Source: Candidatus Marinacidobacterales bacterium (lineage in GTDB: Bacteria > Acidobacteriota > Vicinamibacteria > Marinacidobacterales > DATDRI01). From it: 64,000 nucleotides of DNA. The notes beneath the pieces were generated by a model. That model ran no database searches. It had not been told where the DNA came from and saw only the letters and a list, made by a program, of their open reading frames with translations. This document shows, piece by piece, positions 37,889 through 46,037 of this stretch. The position numbers were made by a program, and so were the translations under genes. The number at the start of each line of letters is the position of its first letter. Within the stretch, counting starts at the first letter, position 1. Location: contig OZ245365.1 of assembly GCA_965226495.1 (NCBI GenBank), positions 5,120,001-5,184,000 of the forward strand. Direction: 5' to 3'.

Positions 37889-39064
37889 ATGAACTGGGTG
37901 AAACTGCTAAGAGTGACAAAAGTGCTAGTCCTTGCTGGCGCGATGTCCTTTGCGGTCACCCTCACAGCATCGACCGAGGGGGGGCGCTCAGAGGAGCAGG
38001 TTAAGAAAGTTAACCCTGCAACCCAGATTCCCTCTCCCCAAGGCGAGCCGACGGCAACCGACGCTCGTACGGACGATGACTATGTGGTGGTGTTGAACGC
38101 AGAAGACGATACGCCGCTTAAGGTCTACCAGAAGTACCTGGAAAAAGCAGACTTCTGGAGAGAGTTGACGGAGCATAATTTGCTCGCCGAGGGGGTCCAG
38201 GTTCGGGTTCCGAAGCACATGCTGAAGAACGGACAGATTCCTGCTAAGGTGGACAAGTTCAGCGGCCGGGTTGAGATCGCTCGTCACTTTGACTGGAAGT
38301 GGGTGCCAGCGGTGCCCAACATGCTAGTCTCAGAGGGCGACTGGATCCGTACCCGTAGCCGTTCCAGCGTGCAAATCCGCCAGGATGATGGAACCCTCAT
38401 CAAACTGCGTCCAAACAGCAAGGCGATGCTTAGTCTTGCTGGCGTGACCAAGACGGCGCGCGGTGACGTGCGGGTCACGCAGGTCAAGCTCGACTCCGGT
38501 TCGGTCATCGCGAAGGTGAACAAGCTTCTCCAGCGCGACAGCCGTTTCGAAATCGAGACTCCGACTGCTACCTCTTTCGTTCGAGGAACCGAGTTCCGCG
38601 TCAAGGTCGAAGACCAGGGCGAGACTCGTCTCGAAGTTTTAGAGGGCGCGGTGGACTTCGGTTCGTCGGATAACAACATTTCGGTAGGCGGCAACTTCGG
38701 TTCGCTCGTCAAGGATGCTGGCAACGCGCCGGTCTCCCCACACGCGCTTCCGATGGCCCCTTCCCAGTTGTTCACTCCGGCGGAGCGTGAGGTACTCGAC
38801 GGCGACATCGCCAGCTATCGTTTCAGCTGGTCCGCAGTCAATGGTTCCGAGCGCTACCATCTGGAGATTTCTTCGGATGCCGAGTTCAAGCAGCTCGTGG
38901 ACGAGACCTGGGTCAGCGGAACCGATGCCGAGCTTATGAGCCTGAGCATCGATTCGCTGGAGCCTGGTACTTACTTCTGGCGGGTGGCCGCCATCGATGG
39001 CGATGGCTACGAGAGTGCCTGGTCAAACGATCGGTACTTCGTTTACCCCTTGAAGGTCCAGTAG
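37889..39064 (+). CDS. Exported LysM-like + FecR domain + FN3 protein
   Basis: Signal-peptide-like N-terminus; DDTPLKVYQKYL...WREL..HN; GDWIRT..DGTLIKLRPNS, FEIETPTATSFVRGTEFRV; FSW...YHLEIS...GTYFWRVAAID. Alternative start at ATG 37805. Confidence 0.8.
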   Translation: MNWVKLLRVTKVLVLAGAMSFAVTLTASTEGGRSEEQVKKVNPATQIPSPQGEPTATDARTDDDYVVVLNAEDDTPLKVYQKYLEKADFWRELTEHNLLAEGVQVRVPKHMLKNGQIPAKVDKFSGRVEIARHFDWKWVPAVPNMLVSEGDWIRTRSRSSVQIRQDDGTLIKLRPNSKAMLSLAGVTKTARGDVRVTQVKLDSGSVIAKVNKLLQRDSRFEIETPTATSFVRGTEFRVKVEDQGETRLEVLEGAVDFGSSDNNISVGGNFGSLVKDAGNAPVSPHALPMAPSQLFTPAEREVLDGDIASYRFSWSAVNGSERYHLEISSDAEFKQLVDETWVSGTDAELMSLSIDSLEPGTYFWRVAAIDGDGYESAWSNDRYFVYPLKVQ

Positions 39065-39084
39065 ACCAATCCTTCGTTCACTCC

Positions 39085-39123
39085 AAAGACCCTCACCTCA
39101 CACGAGGTGAGGGTCTTTTTTTT
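39085..39123 (+). terminator. Rho-independent terminator
   Basis: AAAGACCCTCACCTC-acac-GAGGTGAGGGTCTTT, a 15-bp stem followed by a T run. Confidence 0.92.
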
Positions 39124-39135
39124 ATATCCTGCCTG

Positions 39136-40062
39136 TTACATGCGGGGGGCGTAATACCCGATGCGGCTTCGAACGACGGAGCCTTTCCGATCGACGCGGA
39201 GCTGGAGGCGCCTCCAGGCACCGTCGGCCTTGGTGCTAGTAGACACGTAGCCGATGTTGTATTGGCTCTTGAGCTCGATGGCGATCTGCTCATAGATGCC
39301 CGCCAAATCTTTGGTTTGCTCCGGCGCAAAAGAGGAACCGCCAGTCTCACCTGATAGCTTCTCGAGCTCATACTTGGCATCGGAATACTTCTGCTTCTTG
39401 AGGTCATCCTTACTGCCGCGAAGGGAGATGGTGTAGATGAGAACGTCCGTCTTCCTCGCCAACTGGCGGACGTCCTCGAAGATCACCAACGAGCGCGTGT
39501 CGTTTCCGTCCGACAAGACCACGATGCACTGTCGCTCGTCGCCTTGCCGCCGACGGGATAAGCTGCGGAGCGCGATGTAGAGAGCCTCGTAGAGCGATGT
39601 CGCTCCCTCCGCCTTCGTCGCCCGGATGGCGTTCTCGACCTTCTCGAAATCGGTGGTGAATTCGGCGAGAGTCAACACACGACTGTTGAACTCGATGACC
39701 TTGACCTGGTCACCCTCTTTGAGAGAACGTGCGAACCGCACCGCAGCTTCCTGAGCCAGAGCCATCCTCCGCCCCATGCTAGCCGAAGTGTCCAAGAGGA
39801 TAACCATGCGCAGCGGTAGGTCTTCTTTGGAGAACACCCGGATCTTCTGCGCCACGCCATCTTCATAGATAGCGAAGTTCTCCTGTTCCAGATCCGTTAC
39901 CAACCGTTGCCCCTCGTCGAAGACAGTCACCGAGAGGCTGACCATCTCGACGCTCACCCGGAACTGAGCCGCCTGCTTCGATTCCTGGGCCATCGTTTGC
40001 GAAAAGACGGAGACGAACGCCACAACGAAAGCGCCCAAGAGAATTTTCAAAACCACGCTCAC
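39136..40062 (-). CDS. Exported VWA domain protein (acidobacterial VWFA type)
   Basis: Signal peptide, FRVSVEMV.LSVTV.D..LVTDL..F.IYEDG..Q, MIDAS LDTSASM, T, SDGND, LKSQYNIGY, RSRIGYYAP. Confidence 0.88.
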   Translation of the reverse strand: MSVVLKILLGAFVVAFVSVFSQTMAQESKQAAQFRVSVEMVSLSVTVFDEGQRLVTDLEQENFAIYEDGVAQKIRVFSKEDLPLRMVILLDTSASMGRRMALAQEAAVRFARSLKEGDQVKVIEFNSRVLTLAEFTTDFEKVENAIRATKAEGATSLYEALYIALRSLSRRRQGDERQCIVVLSDGNDTRSLVIFEDVRQLARKTDVLIYTISLRGSKDDLKKQKYSDAKYELEKLSGETGGSSFAPEQTKDLAGIYEQIAIELKSQYNIGYVSTSTKADGAWRRLQLRVDRKGSVVRSRIGYYAPRM

Positions 40063-41255
40063 GGTATCCCCACCAACATTTCTTCGGCCTCCGCGATCTC
40101 GACTTCTACTGCCGCCGTCTTGTTGGAGCTCGCACCCTGCTCATCGGCGGTCCGCACCCAACCCTTGCTTCTTTGGAGCGCTGCCATCAATTCCGAACGT
40201 TGCTCGTCTGCAAGACCTCGACGATTGGCCAAGGCCACCGCCTTGACCCAACGGGCCTCGGCGGTTGCCGCCATGATGGGTAACTCCGCATCGTCCGGGT
40301 TCAGTCGAGACCAGAAGGAAAGAACACGAGCACCATCCTGGAGAGCGACAGCTCCCGGTTGCGAGGACAAACCCCGCGCTATCTTCAAACCGTTGTCGGC
40401 ACTCTGCGCTTCGGTATAGACGTCCAGGACCGGCAGCACTAAAGACAGGAGAAATGGCATCCCATCCTCGGACCAGCCGCGCTCAAACGCGGCGCGGGAC
40501 TCCTCCGGTGTTGGGCGTGAGACGCCGATACGAAGCTCGCCATGTGCCAGGTGGGAGTAGGCAGCCCGACGCGACTTGAGGGGCGCATCCTTGGCGACCC
40601 CCCAGAGCCCGACGCGAAGCTGGCCATCCACAATATCCACATCGCTGACGAAGACCGAGTCACCGGGGGAGAACAGACGAGATTCTGTTTCATTCGAGTA
40701 AACCATCTGGACTTCTTTTTTTTCCAAATCCACAATGGCTTCGCTGACTCCCTGAATATCCCTCTCTCTCCCTAAGGCACGAACCGTTCGGTCCTGCAGG
40801 ATGGGCACCCGCGGAACGGCAAATCGGCCCAGGAGCATGAACTGTAATGCATCGTCCAGAAGTTTCTCTTTGCTTTCATGGAACAGGAGCTTTTCCTGCG
40901 CAACCTCCAAGAGAGCGCCGGGATGAATAGGTGACTCTTCGCCGGCCCGGAGGCTGAGACGATTGAGGCGTGTCCCGTTCGTGCTCCCTAGATCCTCGAC
41001 CACGATACTCTCCGCGGTCCTTCGTATCTCCAAATGGCGACGTGACACCAAAGGATGCGTCAGAACGATCAGAGAATCCCCCAGACGCCCGATCCGTACC
41101 ACGTCGGCGGTAAGGGCATAGAGCCTCAACATCCGGAGCTCCCAGATGTAGCCCCAAGGTTCGTCTTGTTGCAGGGGGGCGGCGGCCGACGACGATGAGA
41201 ACGCCACGAAACTCAGAAAGAGAATCGCCAGCGATGCCCGTCGCTCGGTGCCCAT
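40059..41255 (-). CDS. FHA domain protein with signal-peptide-like N-terminus
   Basis: RIGR, VSRRH, EDLGSTNGT FHA motifs right after MGTERRASLAILFLSFVAFSSSSAAA. Confidence 0.8.
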   Translation of the reverse strand: MGTERRASLAILFLSFVAFSSSSAAAPLQQDEPWGYIWELRMLRLYALTADVVRIGRLGDSLIVLTHPLVSRRHLEIRRTAESIVVEDLGSTNGTRLNRLSLRAGEESPIHPGALLEVAQEKLLFHESKEKLLDDALQFMLLGRFAVPRVPILQDRTVRALGRERDIQGVSEAIVDLEKKEVQMVYSNETESRLFSPGDSVFVSDVDIVDGQLRVGLWGVAKDAPLKSRRAAYSHLAHGELRIGVSRPTPEESRAAFERGWSEDGMPFLLSLVLPVLDVYTEAQSADNGLKIARGLSSQPGAVALQDGARVLSFWSRLNPDDAELPIMAATAEARWVKAVALANRRGLADEQRSELMAALQRSKGWVRTADEQGASSNKTAAVEVEIAEAEEMLVGIP

Positions 41256-41266
41256 GGTGCTCAAGG

Positions 41267-42214
41267 TTAGGGCGGCGACCCATCGCTAGTCAAACTTATC
41301 CAACCCTTGCCGACGAGAAACTCCTTGGCGACATCGGAAGCCCGCCGGCGATCGTTGTCCACAGCCCGGTTCATAGATCGCATCGAGGGTTCGTCGATCG
41401 CTCCTCCCAACATTTGGATTACTTCTCGAAAGGCGGGATGGGCCTCGGCGGTCTCCGGCCGGTACACCGGGGCAGCGTAATAGGGCGGAAAGAAGCGTTG
41501 ATCATCTTCCAACACGGCGAGACCGAATTTTTCGATGAGCCCGTCGGTAGAGTTTCCTGCAATGAGATCCACTTTCTCCTCGACCAACGCTTGGTAGATG
41601 AGACCGAGCTCCATCCCTCGGGGAGCTATGGCGAAGTCGAGCCCGTAGGCTTTGGTGAATCCCCGATAGCCATCCTGGCGCTCCAAGAATTCGTGCCCGA
41701 AGCCGGTTCGAATGGACTTAACGTGAGCAGCCAGATCGGAGATGCGGCTGAGCCCGAGACTCTCGGCATGCTCGGCCCGCATCGCCATCGCGTACGTATT
41801 GTTGAATCCCAAAGACGGGCCCCAGGCAAGTCCGTAGCGTTCCCGATACTCCTCCTGGACCCGCCGATAGACCTCGTCGGGATCATGCAAGACCGGTTCT
41901 CTCAAGATCGCGGTGAGGGCGGTGCCGGTATATTCGATATAGACATCCATTTGCCCCGACTCCATTGCGGAGTGACAGATGAACGAGCCGCCCAAGTTGA
42001 GCCTCCGCTCGACCGAAAGGCCCCGGTCCTCGAGAAGCAAGGCCACGATCTCGCCCAGAATGACCTGCTCGCTGAAGTTCTTGGAACCGACGACGACCGC
42101 CGACCGCTCGCAAGCGATGCCTGTAACGCCTGCAAATAATGTAGCTAGCAAGAACGGCGCGAAAGCGGCGTACGCCACTCTCAACGGCTTCTCACCATGA
42201 ATCTCTCCAACCAT
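41267..42214 (-). CDS. Osmoprotectant (glycine betaine/choline) ABC transporter substrate-binding protein
   Basis: VGSKNFSEQ, YIEYTGT, GFNNTYA, EFLERQDGY, LEDDQRFFPPY. Confidence 0.92.
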   Translation of the reverse strand: MVGEIHGEKPLRVAYAAFAPFLLATLFAGVTGIACERSAVVVGSKNFSEQVILGEIVALLLEDRGLSVERRLNLGGSFICHSAMESGQMDVYIEYTGTALTAILREPVLHDPDEVYRRVQEEYRERYGLAWGPSLGFNNTYAMAMRAEHAESLGLSRISDLAAHVKSIRTGFGHEFLERQDGYRGFTKAYGLDFAIAPRGMELGLIYQALVEEKVDLIAGNSTDGLIEKFGLAVLEDDQRFFPPYYAAPVYRPETAEAHPAFREVIQMLGGAIDEPSMRSMNRAVDNDRRRASDVAKEFLVGKGWISLTSDGSPP

Positions 42215-42816
42215 CCGAGCAACCCATCGGCAATGATTGCAAGAAGCGCCGCGGGGATAGCGCCAGCGAGTATGAGCCGATTATCCACCGTCGAAAGCCC
42301 CCGGAAGATAAAGTCTCCGAGTCCGCCGGCTCCGATCGCCGCCGCGATCGTGGCGAGGCCGACCGAGACCACTGTGGCGATCCGAACCCCTGCCAGGATG
42401 GTGGGTAAAGCCAGCGGGATCTCCACGAACCGCAGCCTCTGCCAGTCCGTCATGCCCATTCCACGGCCCGCCTCGACAACGGCAGGATCGACAGAAAGAA
42501 TGCCGGTGTAGGTGTTGCGAAGAATGGGGAGCAACGCGTAGAGCACGAGAGCGATGATGGCGGTACGCGCACCGATCCCGCCAAAGAGAGGGAGCGGGAT
42601 GAGGAATCCAAACAAAGCAAGACTCGGCACGGTCTGCATCACGCTGGCAAACCCAATGACGGGTCGAGCAAGCCGAGGTCGACGCGTCAGCAACAACCCG
42701 AGCGGAACTCCCACCGCGACCGCCAGCCCCGTCGCCACCAGCACGAGAAAGATATGCTGAGCAGTCATCGTTGCCAGTTCGCTGCGCCGCTCTACGAGAA
42801 AGCCCAAGAAATCCAT
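42181..42816 (-). CDS. Osmoprotectant ABC transporter permease
   Basis: QTVPSLALFG, LLPILRNTYTG, EAGRGMGM, IGAGGLG. Confidence 0.92.
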   Translation of the reverse strand: MDFLGFLVERRSELATMTAQHIFLVLVATGLAVAVGVPLGLLLTRRPRLARPVIGFASVMQTVPSLALFGFLIPLPLFGGIGARTAIIALVLYALLPILRNTYTGILSVDPAVVEAGRGMGMTDWQRLRFVEIPLALPTILAGVRIATVVSVGLATIAAAIGAGGLGDFIFRGLSTVDNRLILAGAIPAALLAIIADGLLGWLERFMVRSR

Positions 42817-42818
42817 AA

Positions 42819-43547
42819 CTACTGAAGGAGCTCCCGGACGAAATCGTCGGCAGGTTGCTCGACGATTTCCTGCGGCGGACCGATCTGCTTGATCTGCCCC
42901 TGGTCCATCACCGCGATACGGTCAGCCAGCCGCAGAGCCTCTTGCACGTCGTGAGTGACGAATACAACCGTCTTGCCCAGTCGCTCTTCTAGCTCCCGGA
43001 ACTCCCCCTGAAGCCGCCGACGGGTGATCGGATCCAGCGCTCCGAAGGGCTCGTCCATCAGAAGAAGCGGGGGATCGACGGCGAGAGCTCTTGCCACCCC
43101 TACCCTCTGCTTTTGCCCGCCGGATAATTGCGAAGGTCGCTTCGTCGCAAACTCGTCGGGCTCCAGCCCTACTAGGCTCAACAGCTCATGGGCACGGGCG
43201 CGGCGCTTGTCCGGCTCCCAACCCTCGAGCCTCGGAACCAAAGCGACGTTGTCTTCAACGTTAAAGTGCGGAAGGAGTCCGACTTCCTGAATCACGTACC
43301 CCGCTCGGCGACGCAGTTGGATGCGATCCCAGTCCGCGGTCTCTTTTCCTTGGACCATCACCTTGCCTTCATCCGGTTCAATCAGGCGGTTTATCATCTT
43401 GAGGCACGTCGTCTTCCCCGAGCCGCTCGACCCCAACAACACCAGCGTCTCTCCCTGCTCAACACGGAATGAGACGCTCGACAGAGCCTGCTGACCGGGA
43501 GCAAAAGATTTGGAGACCGAACGGAACTCGACTGCGGACTCTGTCAA
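42819..43547 (-). CDS. Osmoprotectant ABC transporter ATP-binding protein
   Basis: GSSGSGKTT, KMINRLIEP, LSGGQKQRVG, LMDEPFGALDP. Confidence 0.92.
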   Translation of the reverse strand: MTESAVEFRSVSKSFAPGQQALSSVSFRVEQGETLVLLGSSGSGKTTCLKMINRLIEPDEGKVMVQGKETADWDRIQLRRRAGYVIQEVGLLPHFNVEDNVALVPRLEGWEPDKRRARAHELLSLVGLEPDEFATKRPSQLSGGQKQRVGVARALAVDPPLLLMDEPFGALDPITRRRLQGEFRELEERLGKTVVFVTHDVQEALRLADRIAVMDQGQIKQIGPPQEIVEQPADDFVRELLQ

Positions 43548-44386
43548 TTCGTAGCCTCAGACTTTCCGGCCCTCGACAAGCTTGACAGGCTCGACAGGCC
43601 GTAGAGCGCGGCCGCCAAGAGAACGATGAGTGGGCCTGTGGGCGCATCGACTCCCCAGGCATTCGAAAGCCAAAAGGATAAGAAGAGCCCCGCCGTCGTG
43701 CAGGAGGCGCTCACGAGAACCGCAAGGACCATCATCTTCTTCAGATCCACGGACCATTGTTGCGCAATAGCGGCGGGGAGACTGAGCAACGCGATCACGA
43801 GGATGACACCCACCACACGTATCAAGCTAACGACCGCCAGAGCGATCAGTGCCATAAGAGTCAAGAAAAGACCTTCTACCGGCTCACCGACGACTTGTGC
43901 AAACTCCTCGTCGAATGCAATCGCTCGAAGTTGGTCGAACAACAACGCAACCGCCAGAAGGATGACTACGTCCACGCCCGCGATCAGATAAAGGTATTCT
44001 TTCGAGACCAGAACGAGGCTGCCAAACAAGTAGCTCGTCAAATCCGGAGCATAGCCCGGCGTCATCGCGATGAAGACCATACCCAAAGCCATCCCCACCG
44101 CCCAGACCATCGCGATGAGGGTGTCCAACCCTGAACCGAGCCGTCGATAGGCAATCCCAACACCGAGGCCGGACAACAACCCGAAACCGAGCGCGCCCAT
44201 CATGGGATTGAATCCGAAGAAATATCCCAATCCCACGCCCCCGAAGGCGGCATGCGACAGGCCTCCCGAGACGGATACCATCCGTCTCACCATCACATAG
44301 GTCCCGATGATTCCGCCCGCGACGCTGGCCAGGAGTCCGGCCGCAAGCGCCCGCTGAAAGAAAGGAAATTCGAGGGCGTCCCACAT
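43544..44386 (-). CDS. znuB: Zn/Mn ABC transporter permease
   Basis: LSHAAFGG, DLTSYLFGS, FDEEFA, VVGVILVIALL. Start moved to ATG 44386. Confidence 0.88.
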   Translation of the reverse strand: MWDALEFPFFQRALAAGLLASVAGGIIGTYVMVRRMVSVSGGLSHAAFGGVGLGYFFGFNPMMGALGFGLLSGLGVGIAYRRLGSGLDTLIAMVWAVGMALGMVFIAMTPGYAPDLTSYLFGSLVLVSKEYLYLIAGVDVVILLAVALLFDQLRAIAFDEEFAQVVGEPVEGLFLTLMALIALAVVSLIRVVGVILVIALLSLPAAIAQQWSVDLKKMMVLAVLVSASCTTAGLFLSFWLSNAWGVDAPTGPLIVLLAAALYGLSSLSSLSRAGKSEATN

Positions 44387-45144
44387 TATTCTTGATGATC
44401 GTCGAAGACCCGATGGGCGCGCCCATGCGCCACGAGATCCACCGGACAGCCATAGGCCGCTTCGAACATCTCTTGGGTGATCTCTTTCGAATGATGGTAG
44501 TAGAGACGTCGGTTCAAACAAGCCACCGTCTTGACGTAGCGGGAGATGACTCCGACGTCGTGGGAGACGAGGACGAGAGTGATCTCGTGCGCGAGATCCT
44601 TCAAGAGCTCGAAGACACTGACACCGATTCGTGTATCGAGGCTTGCCGTTGGCTCGTCTAGTAACAGCAAGATAGGCTCTACCGCGAGCGCCCGAGCGAT
44701 CATCACTCGCTGCAACTCCCCACCGGACAACCTTCCGATTTGCCGCCCCGCCTGGTCGGCCATCTCCACTTTGTCGAGAGAGCTCAGGGCAACGTCTCGG
44801 TCTCGTTTGCTAGGCTGGCGAAAGAGCCTCCGCGAACCGATCCGACCCATCAGGACCACATCGAGAACGTTCACCGGAAAGCTCGCATCGAAACGGGTGT
44901 ACTGAGGCACGTAACCGATCCGCCCCCGCGCCTTCGCCGGAGACTCTCCGAGGACGTGCACCGACCCGCGATCCGGTGAAAGGAGACCCAAGATCACGCG
45001 AAGCAAAGTGCTCTTGCCGCTGCCATTGGGGCCAATGAGACCTAGATAATTTCCTTCGTCCAACCTGAGGTTGACGGCCTCTAAGACCGGCCTCCCTTTG
45101 AACGAGAGCCAGACATCTTTGATTTCGACGATCGGTTCTTTCAT
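44386..45144 (-). CDS. znuC: Zn/Mn ABC transporter ATP-binding protein
   Basis: GPNGSGKST, IGYVPQ, LSGGELQR, VSHD, His-rich tail. Confidence 0.9.
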   Translation of the reverse strand: MKEPIVEIKDVWLSFKGRPVLEAVNLRLDEGNYLGLIGPNGSGKSTLLRVILGLLSPDRGSVHVLGESPAKARGRIGYVPQYTRFDASFPVNVLDVVLMGRIGSRRLFRQPSKRDRDVALSSLDKVEMADQAGRQIGRLSGGELQRVMIARALAVEPILLLLDEPTASLDTRIGVSVFELLKDLAHEITLVLVSHDVGVISRYVKTVACLNRRLYYHHSKEITQEMFEAAYGCPVDLVAHGRAHRVFDDHQE

Positions 45145-45980
45145 TGTTCCAAGGGTTTCAAAGCTTTCTCGAAGGCGATCGAAACCCGCCTCATGTTTTC
45201 TAGCCAGTCGCGCGCCAAGGGGTCGAGTGTCTCGACACGCGCCCCGACCTCTTCCGCCACGACACGAGCGCTCTCCTTAGAGAATTGCGGCTGCACGAAT
45301 ATGGTACTCGCCCTTTCCCGCTTCGCCTCTTCTATGAACGCAGCGAGGGCACCGGCGCCGGGCTTTTTTCCACCCTCCTCCAAGCTCACCTGCTGGAGCC
45401 CGTACTCCCGGGCGAAGTTTCCCCAGGCGGCGTGGAACACGAACACCTTTCGTCCCGAGTACGGCTCCAACCGAGTGCGTATCTCGGAATCGAGCTCATC
45501 GATCTCGGTCAGAAAGTCCACCAGGTTCTCATCCATCATCTCCTGCCCCTCCGGCAGAATTTCTCCCAGAGCGATAGCGATGCGTTCCGCGCTGGATCGA
45601 ACGAGCCGAGGCGAAAGCCAGATGTGGGGGTCGTAGTCATCCGTCGCCGCACCATGAACGACCTCGAGGTCCAGGTACTCGGATAGGAGTTTGTCGACCC
45701 ACACAGCCTCGAACGCGAAATGCGGATGCCCCACCGCAACGTAGAGCCTCGCCCGCGCGAGTCGGGTCAGCTCGTCGATGCCCGGTTCGTACGTAGATGG
45801 ATTGGCTCCAGGAGGAATCATAACCGCAATCGTCACCCGATCCCCCGCGATCTTCTCGACGAAGTAAGACTGCGGCAGAACCGATACCGCGACTACCGGG
45901 AGATCGGGAGTTTCTTTTCCTCCCCGACACCCTGCCACCACCAGCAGTGCGCCTATCAGTCCCGATCGAACCAGAGCCAT
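45141..45980 (-). CDS. znuA: Zn/Mn ABC transporter substrate-binding lipoprotein
   Basis: Lipobox VVAG-C, PPGANPSTYEP, DPHIWLSP, FHAAW, LDPL. Start moved to ATG 45980. Confidence 0.88.
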   Translation of the reverse strand: MALVRSGLIGALLVVAGCRGGKETPDLPVVAVSVLPQSYFVEKIAGDRVTIAVMIPPGANPSTYEPGIDELTRLARARLYVAVGHPHFAFEAVWVDKLLSEYLDLEVVHGAATDDYDPHIWLSPRLVRSSAERIAIALGEILPEGQEMMDENLVDFLTEIDELDSEIRTRLEPYSGRKVFVFHAAWGNFAREYGLQQVSLEEGGKKPGAGALAAFIEEAKRERASTIFVQPQFSKESARVVAEEVGARVETLDPLARDWLENMRRVSIAFEKALKPLEQ

Positions 45981-46037
45981 GAGCCACTCTATCGGGGCGT
46001 CGAGCAGAAGGTCAAGCTGACGGGTTACAATCACGCC

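Noticed and set aside
41195-42139. 314-aa plus-strand ORF
   Set aside because: Antisense shadow of the osmoprotectant-binding protein gene, with no motifs.
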